Of a stretch of DNA of 64,000 bases, positions 25,779 to 35,332 are shown one piece after another (the stretch's first letter is position 1; the number at the start of each line of letters is the position of its first letter). The DNA is taken from assembly GCA_039029395.1 (NCBI GenBank), contig JBCCGG010000001.1, forward strand, positions 373,761-437,760, read 5' to 3'. The DNA is from Pseudomonadota bacterium (GTDB taxonomy: Bacteria > Pseudomonadota > Alphaproteobacteria > Kiloniellales > JAKSDN01). The notes beneath the pieces are model-generated. The model did no database searches, had not been told where the DNA came from, and saw only the letters and a program-made list of their open reading frames with translations. Made by a program: the position numbers and the translations under genes.

Positions 25779-25807
25779 TTGTCATGGCGGCTGTTCGCCT
25801 GTTTAAG
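25779..25807 (+). promoter_or_regulatory. Candidate promoter TTGTCA-N17-TTTAAG
   Basis: Pattern match only. The -35 element is part of the 12-mer TTGCAATTGTCA (25773-25784), which recurs at 59658-59669 on the reverse strand. Confidence 0.3.
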
Positions 25808-25837
25808 CAGGGGTCGCCATTCACCTGAGCGCACGCC

Positions 25838-26902
25838 ATGTCCGCCTTGTCGTTCGACCATGTCAGCCATGCCTTCGGCCAACTTTTGGCGGTCGATGAG
25901 CTATCGCTTTCGGTCGAGCCGGGTGAGCTGGTTTGCCTGCTCGGTCCTTCGGGCTGCGGCAAGACCACGGTGCTGCGGATCGCCGCCGGTCTGGAGCGTC
26001 TTCAACAGGGCCGGGTCAGCCTGGACGGGAAGGTGGTGGCCGACGACAGGACCGCGGCACCGACGGAGGATCGGGGCATCGGCCTGGTGTTTCAGGACTA
26101 TGCGCTCTTTCCCCATCTTTCGGTCGCCGAGAACGTCGCCTTCGGTCTCAGACGTCTTCCCGCCGAGGCCAGGCGCGCCCGGGTGAGGGAAGTGCTCGAG
26201 GAGGTCGGCATGGCCCAGGCGTCGGATAGCTTTCCCCACACGCTGTCTGGCGGCCAGCAGCAGCGGGTCGCGCTGGCCCGGGCGCTGGCGCCAAAACCAC
26301 GGGTGATGCTGCTGGACGAGCCTTTCTCGGGCCTGGATTCCCGCCTGCGCAACCAAATCCGCGACCAAACGCTCCACGTGCTCAAGGAAAGCGGGGCGGC
26401 CACCTTGATGGTCACGCACGATCCCGAGGAGGCCATGTTCATGGCCGACCGGGTCGCATTGATGCGCGCCGGGCGTTTGATCCAGGTGGGCCGCCCGACC
26501 GAGCTCTACTTCGCGCCGGCCGATGCCTTTGTCGCCAGCTTCTTTGGCGAGATCAACCTGCTGAAGGGCACCATCGAGCACGGCCGCGTCGCGACCCCTT
26601 TCGGCGACTTGGCGGCCCACGGCCTGGCAGATGGTACGGCCGTGGAGATTTTGATCCGCCCGGAGGCCCTGCGTTTGACGGCCATGACGCCTGCCATGGC
26701 GGCCGGCGCGGGCAAAGCGGCCCGGGTCATGGCATCGCGCATGCTGGGCCGTAGCTCGCTGGTGCATCTGAGCGTCGACAATGGCAACGGCCAGGATCTG
26801 CATCTGCACGCCCGGATTCCGGGGCGCTACCTGCCCAAGGAGGACGAGCTGCTGGCGGTCGACCTGGACCCGAGCCAAGCTTTTGTGTTTCCTACGGTTT
26901 GA
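25838..26902 (+). CDS. ABC transporter ATP-binding protein, Fe(3+)/polyamine/sulfate (CysA/PotA/FbpC) type, with no adjacent permease
   Basis: 354 aa. Walker A GPSGCGKTT, signature LSGGQQQRVALARAL, Walker B LLLDEPFSGLD, and a C-terminal TOBE-like beta domain. Confidence 0.85.
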   Translation: MSALSFDHVSHAFGQLLAVDELSLSVEPGELVCLLGPSGCGKTTVLRIAAGLERLQQGRVSLDGKVVADDRTAAPTEDRGIGLVFQDYALFPHLSVAENVAFGLRRLPAEARRARVREVLEEVGMAQASDSFPHTLSGGQQQRVALARALAPKPRVMLLDEPFSGLDSRLRNQIRDQTLHVLKESGAATLMVTHDPEEAMFMADRVALMRAGRLIQVGRPTELYFAPADAFVASFFGEINLLKGTIEHGRVATPFGDLAAHGLADGTAVEILIRPEALRLTAMTPAMAAGAGKAARVMASRMLGRSSLVHLSVDNGNGQDLHLHARIPGRYLPKEDELLAVDLDPSQAFVFPTV

Positions 26903-26906
26903 GGCG

Positions 26907-27341
26907 ATGAGCGCGCTTGAGGAGGCGGTCCGCCGGGAGATCGAAGAGGTTCACCGCTTCTTCGTCGAGTGGTTCAACGGCACGGCGCGGCGGTCCGATT
27001 TCGATAGCCGCTTCGCTGATCGCTTGGACCCGGAGATGGTCTTCGTCTCGCCGGACGGCAACCGGCCGGACCGGACCGCGCTGTTGGCCGGCATTCGCCA
27101 GGCCCACGGCGCCAACCCGGGCTTTCGTATCGCCATTCGCGACGTCAAGCTGCTGCGAGACCTGGGCGAGGCCCTGCTGGTCTCCTACACGGAATGGCAA
27201 AGGGGCGCGCGCAGCTCGGCCAGAGGCGAAAATGCCCGATTCACCACCCTGGTCATCACCAAGCCGCCGTTCCGCTGGCTCCACGTCCACGAAACCTGGC
27301 TGCCCGAGGCGGGGAGAGCCGCAGGATCCTTCGATTTTTGA
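26907..27341 (+). CDS. NTF2/SnoaL-like (DUF4440-type) small protein
   Basis: 144 aa from ATG 26907 inside track ORF 26781..27341. The pattern ...VHRFFVEWFNG...FVSPDG...FTTLVI...WLHVHETWLP is typical of DUF4440-like NTF2 folds. The family name is tentative. Confidence 0.55.
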   Translation: MSALEEAVRREIEEVHRFFVEWFNGTARRSDFDSRFADRLDPEMVFVSPDGNRPDRTALLAGIRQAHGANPGFRIAIRDVKLLRDLGEALLVSYTEWQRGARSSARGENARFTTLVITKPPFRWLHVHETWLPEAGRAAGSFDF

Positions 27342-27499
27342 CCGGCCAAGGCCTGGTCCGAAGCCACCCAAGAGGCCCCCGCGCCATAACCTTTCCTTTC
27401 TGTTATAATGGGATCAAAGCGTTGCGGGGCCGGAGGCATTTTGCCATAGTCCGGCCCTTTGGAGCAGGAGGTTCCTGCACGTGAAGGGAGATCCCAGTA

Positions 27500-27802
27500 A
27501 TGGGTACGTTTAGCATATGGCATTGGTTGATCGTGCTGGTTGTCGTCCTGGTCCTGTTCGGCGGCGGCGGCAAGCTGTCCAAGCTGATGGGCGACATGGG
27601 CAAGGGCGTCACCTCCTTCAAGAAAGGCCTGAAGGACGGCGGCGAGGCCGACAAGGATAAGGTCGAAGCCAAGGAGGAAGAGCCCAAGGCGATCGATCCT
27701 CAGCCGGCCGCCTCGACCCAGGCCGAGCCGGAGGTCGTCACGGCCGAGCCGGTCGAAGATCAGCCGGAGAAGGAAAAGGACAAGACCGCGGCCAGCGGCT
27801 GA
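27500..27802 (+). CDS. tatA: Twin-arginine translocase subunit TatA
   Basis: 100 aa. [43 protein letters not shown], followed by a charged tail. Confidence 0.9.
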   Translation: MGTFSIWHWLIVLVVVLVLFGGGGKLSKLMGDMGKGVTSFKKGLKDGGEADKDKVEAKEEEPKAIDPQPAASTQAEPEVVTAEPVEDQPEKEKDKTAASG

Positions 27803-27861
27803 AAACCGCTCGCTCAGCGTCTTGACCATGGTCTCGTGCCAATCTCGGGTGACGCCACGCC

Positions 27862-28332
27862 ATGTTTGACATCGGCGGCTTGGAAATGGCGCTCATCCTC
27901 CTGGTGGCCCTGCTCGTCGTCGGCCCCAAGGAGCTGCCGCGCCTTCTAAAGACTGTGGGCCACTGGGTCCGCAAGGCGCGCGGGCTCGCCCGGGAGTTCC
28001 AATCAGGCCTCGACGACATCGTGCGCGAGGCCGAGCTGGACGAGGCCAAGAAGATGATCGAGGGCACCTCCAAGCACTCGATCGAGAAATCGATCGGCGA
28101 CGCCATCGACCCGACCGGCGAGATGGACAAGGAGGTCAAGGAAATGACCGGGGCGGCGCGTGAGCTGACCAGCGGCAAGCTCGACTCGGAGCCCGACGCG
28201 GCCGCAAGTCCCAAGCCGGCGCCGGAGCCGGAGACCGAGGCGACCGTGGTCAAACACCCGAAAGCGGCCAGCGAACTAGAGAGCGCCGAGGCGCCGGCGG
28301 CGGCCGAGGACGAGGCCCAGAAACGCGCATGA
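27862..28332 (+). CDS. tatB: Twin-arginine translocase subunit TatB
   Basis: 156 aa. MFDIGGLEMALILLVALLVVGPKELPRLLKTVGHWVRKAR. Confidence 0.9.
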   Translation: MFDIGGLEMALILLVALLVVGPKELPRLLKTVGHWVRKARGLAREFQSGLDDIVREAELDEAKKMIEGTSKHSIEKSIGDAIDPTGEMDKEVKEMTGAARELTSGKLDSEPDAAASPKPAPEPETEATVVKHPKAASELESAEAPAAAEDEAQKRA

Positions 28333-28345
28333 CGGCCAGGGATAA

Positions 28346-29167
28346 ATGGTAGCGATGGCGGAAGACGACGGCTCCGGCGGCAAGATGCCGCTGCTCGAGC
28401 ACCTGGTCGAGCTGCGTGCGCGCTTGCTGAAGTGCGTGGTCGCGCTGATCGTCGCGTTCCTGTTCTGCTTTTACTTCGCCCAGGACATCTTCGAGTTCTT
28501 GGCCGAGCCTTTGCTGCGGATCATGGAGAAGCGCGGGGTCGAGCCGATGATGATCATCACGGCGCTGACCGAGGGCTTCTTCACCTACGTCAAGGTTGCC
28601 TTCTTCGCGGCCGCCTTCGTCACCTGCCCGGTCTTCCTCACTCAGTTCTGGCTGTTCGTCGCGCCCGGGCTCTACCGCCACGAGAAGAAGGCCATGCTGC
28701 CCTTCCTGCTGGCCACGCCCTTCCTGTTCTTTATCGGCGGCGCCCTGGTCTATTACATCATTTTCCCGACCGCGGCCGATTTCCTGCTGTCGGTGGTCGA
28801 CATCGGCACGCCGCAGATCGAAGGCGGGCTGGAGATCGAGCTGCAGGCCAAGATCAGCGAGTATCTCTCGCTGATGATGAAGCTGATTTTCGCCTTCGGG
28901 CTCTGCTTCCAGCTGCCGGTCGTCATGACGCTTCTGGCACGTACGGGGCTGGCGACCTCAAAGGGCATGGCCGAGAAGCGCAAGTATGCGATCGTCGGCG
29001 TCTTCGTGGTGGCGGCGATCTTCACGCCGCCCGATCCGATCAGCCAGCTTATGCTCGCGGTGCCGATCATCATCCTCTACGAAATCTCGATCTACATGGC
29101 CAAGATGGTCGAGAAGAAGCGCGCCGCCGAAGCGGGCGATGACGAGGATGAGGAGGCGGAGAGCTGA
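28346..29167 (+). CDS. tatC: Twin-arginine translocase subunit TatC
   Basis: 273 aa with 6 TM helices. It contains MPLLEHLVELRARLL and FTPPDPISQ. Confidence 0.9.
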   Translation: MVAMAEDDGSGGKMPLLEHLVELRARLLKCVVALIVAFLFCFYFAQDIFEFLAEPLLRIMEKRGVEPMMIITALTEGFFTYVKVAFFAAAFVTCPVFLTQFWLFVAPGLYRHEKKAMLPFLLATPFLFFIGGALVYYIIFPTAADFLLSVVDIGTPQIEGGLEIELQAKISEYLSLMMKLIFAFGLCFQLPVVMTLLARTGLATSKGMAEKRKYAIVGVFVVAAIFTPPDPISQLMLAVPIIILYEISIYMAKMVEKKRAAEAGDDEDEEAES

Positions 29168-29173
29168 CCGCCG

Positions 29174-29635
29174 CTAGCCGGCCAGGGACTTGGTCATCCT
29201 GATCTTGTTTGCCTCCCGACTGGTCCGCCGCCAGCCATTGCGTTCGTAGAGCGCGATGGTCTCGGCCATCTCGACATGGGTGGTCAGGCGCAGCTCCGGG
29301 TAACCCCGCCCGGCTGCCTCACCCTCGGCCAAGCGCAACAGGCGGCGGCCCAGCCCTTGGCCTCTGGCGTCGGGGTGCACGGCAACGTTGGCGAGCCCCA
29401 TGTAGCCGTCGCCCTCGATCAGGACCAGGGCGCCAAGGGTCCGGCCGTCGGCTTCGGCCAACCACACCAAGTGCTCGGCGATTTCCGCGTCGAGGCCCTC
29501 GCTCATCGACGGCAGCCCCGCAAGGCGCCCAGCGTAGTCAGCATAGGCCGCCTCCAAGCATTGGCCGAAGGCTTTGGCATCGCGCGGCTCGGCGCGGCGA
29601 AGTGTCCAGTCTGTCATGATCGAACGTCCATCCAC
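29174..29635 (-). CDS. GNAT-family N-acetyltransferase
   Basis: 153 aa. The acetyl-CoA binding motif is VHPDARGQGLGRRLL. Confidence 0.8.
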   Translation of the reverse strand: MDGRSIMTDWTLRRAEPRDAKAFGQCLEAAYADYAGRLAGLPSMSEGLDAEIAEHLVWLAEADGRTLGALVLIEGDGYMGLANVAVHPDARGQGLGRRLLRLAEGEAAGRGYPELRLTTHVEMAETIALYERNGWRRTSREANKIRMTKSLAG

Positions 29636-29781
29636 GATGACGCACGGCGGTTTACTCCCACGACCCTATGCCTCGCTCTCGAGAGAAGGCAAGGCAACGG
29701 CAAATGTGGACAAGCGCGCCGGGCACGCCTTATAAGGGCGGCCCGGTGTTTCCTCGCCCCAATTGCCCGAGTCGCGCCGTC

Positions 29782-31059
29782 ATGTTCGATCTCAAATGGA
29801 TTCGAGACTGCCCCGATGATTTCGATGCCGGTCTCGCGCGGCGCGGCCTGGAGCCGCGCGCCAAGGAGGTGCTGGCGCTCGACCAGACCCGGCGCGAGAC
29901 TCAGACCGCCTTGCAGGATCTGCAGGCCCGGCGCAACGAGGCCTCTAAGTCGATCGGCGCGGCGAAGAAACAGGGTGGCGACGCCGAAGCGCTGGTCGCC
30001 GAGGTTGCCCGAATAAAAGAGCAGATCGGCGTGGTCGAGGCGCGCGACCGGGCGCTTGGCCAGGAGCTGGAGACCCTTCTGGCGGGTATCCCCAATATGC
30101 CCGCCGCCGACGTGCCCGACGGGCGGGACGAGAGCGCCAACCGGGTCGAGCGCGAGGTCGGTACCCCGCCCACCTTCGACGTCGCCCCCAAGCAGCACTT
30201 CGAGCTGGGCGAGGCGCTCGGCATGATGGACTTCGCGACCGCCGCCAAGCTGTCGGGCGCGCGCTTCGTGATCATGCAAGGCCAGCTCGCCCGCCTGCAC
30301 CGGGCGCTGGCCCAGTTTATGCTCGACCGCCACACCCTGGAAAACGGCTACACCGAGGTCAACCCGCCAATCCTGGTGCGCGACCACGTGCTTTTCGGCA
30401 CCGGCCAGCTGCCCAAGTTCGCCGAGGATCAGTTCCATACCGACGACGACTTCTGGCTGATCCCAACCGCGGAGGTGCCGCTCACCAACCTGGTGGCCGA
30501 CCGCATCTTGGAAGAGTCTGAGCTGCCGATCCGGGTGACCGCCCATACGCCCTGTTTCCGCTCCGAGGCCGGCTCGGCCGGCAAGGACACCCGGGGCATG
30601 CTGCGCCAGCATCAGTTCGAGAAGGTCGAGCTGGTCTCGATCGCCCATCCCGACCACTCCGGTGACGAGCACGAGCGCATGACCGCTTGCGCCGAGGGCA
30701 TTCTGAAGGACCTCGGCCTGGCATTCCGCACGGTGACGCTCTCAACGGGTGACATGGGTTTCGGGGCCCAGAAGACCTACGATATCGAGGTCTGGTTGCC
30801 CGGCCAGGACACCTACCGGGAGATCTCCAGCTGCTCCAACTGCGGCGACTTTCAGGCCCGGCGCATGAAAGCGCGCTTCCGCGCGTCGGGCGAGAAGGGT
30901 ACCCGCTTCGTGCACACTCTGAACGGCTCGGGCATCGCGGTCGGTCGTGCGCTGATCGCGGTCATGGAGAACTACCAAACCGCGGAGGGCGCGATCCGTA
31001 TCCCCGAGGCGCTGCGGCCCTATCTGGGCGGCCTAGAGCTCCTGTCGGCCGATGGCTGA
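29782..31059 (+). CDS. serS: Serine--tRNA ligase
   Basis: 425 aa from ATG 29782 (MFDLKWIRD...), inside track ORF 29668..31059. It has [22 protein letters not shown] and HTLNGSG class-II motifs. Confidence 0.95.
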   Translation: MFDLKWIRDCPDDFDAGLARRGLEPRAKEVLALDQTRRETQTALQDLQARRNEASKSIGAAKKQGGDAEALVAEVARIKEQIGVVEARDRALGQELETLLAGIPNMPAADVPDGRDESANRVEREVGTPPTFDVAPKQHFELGEALGMMDFATAAKLSGARFVIMQGQLARLHRALAQFMLDRHTLENGYTEVNPPILVRDHVLFGTGQLPKFAEDQFHTDDDFWLIPTAEVPLTNLVADRILEESELPIRVTAHTPCFRSEAGSAGKDTRGMLRQHQFEKVELVSIAHPDHSGDEHERMTACAEGILKDLGLAFRTVTLSTGDMGFGAQKTYDIEVWLPGQDTYREISSCSNCGDFQARRMKARFRASGEKGTRFVHTLNGSGIAVGRALIAVMENYQTAEGAIRIPEALRPYLGGLELLSADG

Positions 31060-31834
31060 GGCCAAGGGGGATCTTTCCAACGCGCGGATTCTGGTCACCA
31101 ACGACGACGGAATACACGCACCGGGCCTGAAGGCCTGTGTACGCATCGCCCGCCAGCTTTCCAAGGACGTCTGGGTCGTCGCGCCGGAAAGCGAGCAGAG
31201 CGCGACTAGCCACTCGCTCACGGTGCGCCGGCCCTTGCGCCTGCGCAAGATCGGACATCGACGCTATACGGTCGATGGCACGCCGACCGACTGCGTGGTC
31301 ATCGCCTTGCGCAAGCTCTTGGCCGAGCGGCCGGCCGATCTGGTGCTCAGCGGCGTCAACCACGGCGCCAACATGGGCGAGGACGTAACCTACTCCGGCA
31401 CCGTGGCAGCCGCCATGGAGGGTGCGCTCTTGGGCGTGCCCTCGATCGCCCTGTCCCAGAACCGGGTCAGTGGAAAGGTGGTCTCCTGGGCGACCGCCGA
31501 GCGCCACGGCCCACCGATCGTCGCCAAGCTGCTCAGCCTGCCCTGGCCGCGCGAGGTGCTGATGAACGTCAACTTCCCGCCGGTCGGCCCGGACCAGGTT
31601 CAGGGCATCCGGGTCGTCCGCCAGGGCCGGCGTGACACCGACGTCCAGGTCATCGAGCGCCAGGACCCGGCCGGCCGTGCGTACCTTTGGATCGGCGATT
31701 TTGTTGATGACGAAACCTCCGAGCGGGGCACCGATCTGGCGGCGATCAAGGAGCGCGCGATCGCGGTTACGCCGCTCCATCTGGATCTGACCCACAAAGG
31801 CACCTTGAAGAAGCTGGCGGGCCTCTTCTCATGA
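31052..31834 (+). CDS. surE: 5'/3'-nucleotidase SurE
   Basis: 260 aa. [14 protein letters not shown] and [24 protein letters not shown]. Confidence 0.9.
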   Translation: MAEAKGDLSNARILVTNDDGIHAPGLKACVRIARQLSKDVWVVAPESEQSATSHSLTVRRPLRLRKIGHRRYTVDGTPTDCVVIALRKLLAERPADLVLSGVNHGANMGEDVTYSGTVAAAMEGALLGVPSIALSQNRVSGKVVSWATAERHGPPIVAKLLSLPWPREVLMNVNFPPVGPDQVQGIRVVRQGRRDTDVQVIERQDPAGRAYLWIGDFVDDETSERGTDLAAIKERAIAVTPLHLDLTHKGTLKKLAGLFS

Positions 31835-32520
31835 GCACGGCGGCCCACAAGATCCGCATGGTCATGGAGCTGCGCCGCGTCGGCATCTCAGATACCGGGG
31901 TGCTCTCGGCGATCGAGCGGATCCCCCGCGAGATCTTCGTGCCGGACCTGTTCAGGGACCAGGCCTACGAGAACCGCGCCCTGCCAATCGGCCAGGGCCA
32001 GACCTTGAGCCAGCCCCAGGTGGTCGCCCAGATGACCCAGGCTCTAGCCTTCCAGGGGCGTCTCAAGGTGCTCGAGATCGGCACCGGCTCGGGCTACCAA
32101 ACCGCGGTGCTGTCGCGCCTGGCGCGCCGGGTCTACACCATCGAGCGCTATAAAGAGCTGCTGCGCACCGCCGAGACCAGGCTATCCGAGCTGCGCCTGC
32201 ACAACATCACCGCCAAAGTCGGCGACGGCTCGAAAGGTTGGCCGGCCCAAGCGCCTTTCGAGCGGATCATCGTCACCGCGGCGCCCCAGGAGGTGCCCGG
32301 CGTCCTGGTCGATCAGCTGGCGCCTGGCGGTATCCTGGTGTTGCCGGTGGGTCGACCCGGGCGGGAGCAGGACCTGGTGCGGGTCGTCAAGGGTGAGACT
32401 GGCCTGACAGAGGAGCGCCTCGGCCCGGTGCGCTTCGTGCCCCTAGTGCCGGACCTGCCGGCAGAAGAGGCGCCCGGCCGGGAACAGACCACTGGACCTC
32501 GGCGCCAGAGTCTGGCATGA
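31831..32520 (+). CDS. pcm: Protein-L-isoaspartate O-methyltransferase
   Basis: 229 aa. TLSQPQVVAQM and VLEIGTGSGYQTAVL. There is a 4-bp overlap with surE. Confidence 0.9.
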   Translation: MSTAAHKIRMVMELRRVGISDTGVLSAIERIPREIFVPDLFRDQAYENRALPIGQGQTLSQPQVVAQMTQALAFQGRLKVLEIGTGSGYQTAVLSRLARRVYTIERYKELLRTAETRLSELRLHNITAKVGDGSKGWPAQAPFERIIVTAAPQEVPGVLVDQLAPGGILVLPVGRPGREQDLVRVVKGETGLTEERLGPVRFVPLVPDLPAEEAPGREQTTGPRRQSLA

Positions 32521-32607
32521 ATTGGAGCACGGGAGAACGAGGCCAAGGGTAAAACCGCCTCCGGGGACGGCTGCCTGGTTGAATGATTATGATGGGCGCC
32601 GACCTGA

Positions 32608-33762
32608 ATGCTTGCGCGTAACCAACTGAAACTGCTTGCGATTGGCCTGCTGAGCCTTGGCCTCGTCGGCTGCTTTGGCAGCGGTCAGGCGCGAATTTTG
32701 CCGGCCTACACGCCGCCCGATCCACCGCCGCTGCCGACCGCCAAGCCGGTCCCGCCGCCAGGTGTGCCGCCCAGCCAGCCGCAATTCGCCGCCCGCCCGG
32801 CGTCCATCGAGGTCCAGGCCCTGGCCCAACCGGTGACGGTCGAGGCACCCGCCAAGAGCCCCGCGCCGCCTAGTGGTCCTAGCCACTACACGGTCAAGTC
32901 AGGCGACACGGCCTCGGCCATCGCCCGGCGCTTCGAGCTGCCGCTGCAGACCTTTGCCGGCTACAACAAGCTGAGCCCGCCGTACCAACTGCGGGTCGGC
33001 CAGCGGCTCAAGGTGCCGAGCCAGCGGCGCCATCAGGTCGCCAAGGGCGAGACGGTCTACGGCCTGGCATTACGCTACGACAGCGATCTGATCAGCCTGG
33101 TCCAGCTCAACGGTCTGGCGCCGCCCTACAGCGTGCAGCCCGGCCAGGTTCTCTTGATCCCTGACAGGGGCGATGCGGTGGGCGGCCATATCATGATCGC
33201 CGGCGCCGACGAGGCAGAGACCGTACCCAAGACTCCCTCGGAGTTGCGCGTCGCGGCCACGCCGAAGGTGCCATTGCCGGACGGTGTGCCGGGCCGCAAG
33301 CCGGCGCAGCCGGGTACCGTGTCCGAGCCGCCGCCGCTTGCCGGGGAAAGCTTCTCTTGGCCGGTCAAGGGTCAAGTCATCCTCGGCTTCGGGCCCCGTG
33401 GCGGCGGCCAGCAGAACGACGGCATCAACATCGCGGCTCCCCGGGGAACACCCGTGCGCGCCGCCGAGAACGGCGTGGTGGCTTACACCGGCAACGAACT
33501 GCGCGGCTTCGGCAATCTGGTGCTCATCAAGCACCGGGGCGGCTGGACCACCGCCTATGCCCACGTGGAGCGGATCCTGGTCAGCCGGGGCGAGACGGTC
33601 AAGCGCGGCCAATTGATTGGCCGAGTCGGCACTTCGGGGAACGTCGACCGGCCCCAGCTGCATTTCGAGGTGCGCCAGGGCGCCCGCGCCGTGGATCCAG
33701 TCAAAAAGCTCGGCGGCCGCACCGCGACCTCGAGCGGCGGCTCGGGGGCCTCGAGCGGCTAA
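32608..33762 (+). CDS. LysM-domain M23 peptidase lipoprotein (NlpD-like)
   Basis: 384 aa. Lipobox LGLVGC, two LysM repeats (YTVKSGDTASAIARRF, HQVAKGETVYGLALRY), and an M23 core (GINIAAPRGTPVRAAENGVV...GNLVLIKH...TAYAH). Confidence 0.85.
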   Translation: MLARNQLKLLAIGLLSLGLVGCFGSGQARILPAYTPPDPPPLPTAKPVPPPGVPPSQPQFAARPASIEVQALAQPVTVEAPAKSPAPPSGPSHYTVKSGDTASAIARRFELPLQTFAGYNKLSPPYQLRVGQRLKVPSQRRHQVAKGETVYGLALRYDSDLISLVQLNGLAPPYSVQPGQVLLIPDRGDAVGGHIMIAGADEAETVPKTPSELRVAATPKVPLPDGVPGRKPAQPGTVSEPPPLAGESFSWPVKGQVILGFGPRGGGQQNDGINIAAPRGTPVRAAENGVVAYTGNELRGFGNLVLIKHRGGWTTAYAHVERILVSRGETVKRGQLIGRVGTSGNVDRPQLHFEVRQGARAVDPVKKLGGRTATSSGGSGASSG

Positions 33763-33780
33763 GCGGACCCAAGCATCCCT

Positions 33781-34137
33781 TCAGGGCGCCTTGTAGAAGG
33801 CGATTTTCTCGAACAGGACGCCCGAACTGGCGGCTTTGATCAAGGCGGCGCCTTGGACCTCGGTGCCGTCAAAGGACCACCAGGTCCAGCTCAAAAGCTC
33901 GCCTTCCTGCGCCTGGGTCACCGTGTGGCTCAGGCTCAGCTCGCCGGTCCCGCCCAGGGCCGCGGACCGCGCGGCCCATTGGTTCATGTAGTCCCGCATC
34001 ATGTCCTTGGTGATCGGTGCTGGCATCGAGGGGTCGATGTAGGTGAAGGATTCGTCCAGGCTGGCGATCACCTTGTCGGCGTCGAGCTCTTCCCAGCCCT
34101 GGAGATAGAGATCGAGCTTTTGCTGGGCGTCCGACAT
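33781..34137 (-). CDS. NTF2/SnoaL-like small protein
   Basis: 118 aa from ATG 34137 (the track ORF extends to 34287 with Arg/Pro-rich artefact sequence). The product begins MSDAQQKLDLYLQGWEELDADKV... Its start lies 1 bp after the stop of the upstream ATPase gene. Confidence 0.55.
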   Translation of the reverse strand: MSDAQQKLDLYLQGWEELDADKVIASLDESFTYIDPSMPAPITKDMMRDYMNQWAARSAALGGTGELSLSHTVTQAQEGELLSWTWWSFDGTEVQGAALIKAASSGVLFEKIAFYKAP

Positions 34138-34138
34138 G

Positions 34139-35008
34139 TCAGTCGAGTGCCTGGCCCAGGCGGCCGGCCAGGTCCTGGATGTACTGCCAGGCGACCCGGC
34201 CCGATCGACCGCCGCGGGTGATCGACCACTCCTTGGCTTCGGCGCGCAGCTGGTCAACGGGCAGGTCCAGGCCGTAATGGCGGGCATAGCCCTCGACCAT
34301 GGCGAAGAATGTCTCCTGATCGCAGTTGTGGAAGCCGAGCCATAAGCCGAAACGGTCCGACAGGCTGATCTTCTCCTCGGCGGCCTCCGAGGTGTGGATC
34401 GCGGTCGAGCGCTCGTTCTCGATCATGTCCCGGGGCATCAGGTGGCGCCGGTTCGAGGTGGCGTAAAAGATGACGTTGGCCGGCCGCCCCTCGATCCCGC
34501 CTTCCAGCACGGCCTTCAAGGATTTGTAGCTGGTGTCGGCGGTGTCAAAGCTGAGGTCGTCGCAAAACAGGATCGAGCCGCGCCCGGCGGCGCGCAGCAG
34601 GGTCAAGAGGCGGGGCAGGGAGGGGATGTCCTCCCGGTGGATTTCCACCAGGGCCAGGCTCGGCCGGCCTTCTTCGGCCATGATCCGGTTGACCTCGGCG
34701 TGGGCCGCTTTGACCAGGGATGACTTGCCCATGCCCCGTGCGCCCCACAGCAGCGCGTTGTTGGCCGGCAGGCCGCGGGCAAAGCGCAGGGTGTTGTCGA
34801 GCAGAATGCGGCCTTGGTGGTCGAGGCCCTGGAGCAGGGGGAGGGCGACCCGGTTGACCTTGGAAATCGGCTCCAGGCGCTCGCCGTCGGCGTGCCACAC
34901 GAAGGCCTCGGCGGCGTCCAGGGAGACCGCGCTCTCGGTCGGCGGCGCCAGACGCTCCAGGCCCTCGGCGATGCGCCGCAGCAAGGCATTGGTGTCGCTG
35001 TCGGACAT
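34139..35008 (-). CDS. DUF815-type AAA-like ATP-binding protein
   Basis: 289 aa. It has Walker A GARGMGKSSLVKA, Walker B ILFCDDLSF, and overall DUF815-like organisation. Confidence 0.7.
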   Translation of the reverse strand: MSDSDTNALLRRIAEGLERLAPPTESAVSLDAAEAFVWHADGERLEPISKVNRVALPLLQGLDHQGRILLDNTLRFARGLPANNALLWGARGMGKSSLVKAAHAEVNRIMAEEGRPSLALVEIHREDIPSLPRLLTLLRAAGRGSILFCDDLSFDTADTSYKSLKAVLEGGIEGRPANVIFYATSNRRHLMPRDMIENERSTAIHTSEAAEEKISLSDRFGLWLGFHNCDQETFFAMVEGYARHYGLDLPVDQLRAEAKEWSITRGGRSGRVAWQYIQDLAGRLGQALD

Positions 35009-35332
35009 GAACTCTCTCGTGGGGTCCGGTGGCGGGCCGGGAGCCTAGCCAGCGCTTCGTCCCAGGTCAATCAAAGGCACCCTAAAGGGAGTCTTGATAA
35101 GACCCTCAGACGCCGGGCGCGCGTCTCCGCGCGCTTGGCTTCGCTCGCATAAGCTCGCGGGGCCTCAATGGCCCATTTGCGGCGGTGCGACGAAGGCTTG
35201 GTCGAGTCCATCTCCAGAGGTGAGCGCCAACCATTAACCGCTTCAAGCGCCGTTGCATTTCCCTAGGGGGCGAGTATAGTCCGGCCCTCTCTGGCGCGCG
35301 TCTGCCGCGCCGCACAACGCCGAAGGTCGTCC

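Noticed and set aside
27427-27457. Hairpin GGGCCGGA-GGCA-ttt-TGCC-atag-TCCGGCCC followed by TTTGG, upstream of tatA, as a terminator
   Set aside because: The stem is reasonable, but the U-tract is only 3 nt. The hairpin lies 86 nt after the preceding stop and 43 nt before tatA. I cannot tell a terminator from a leader structure, so it is not listed as a feature.
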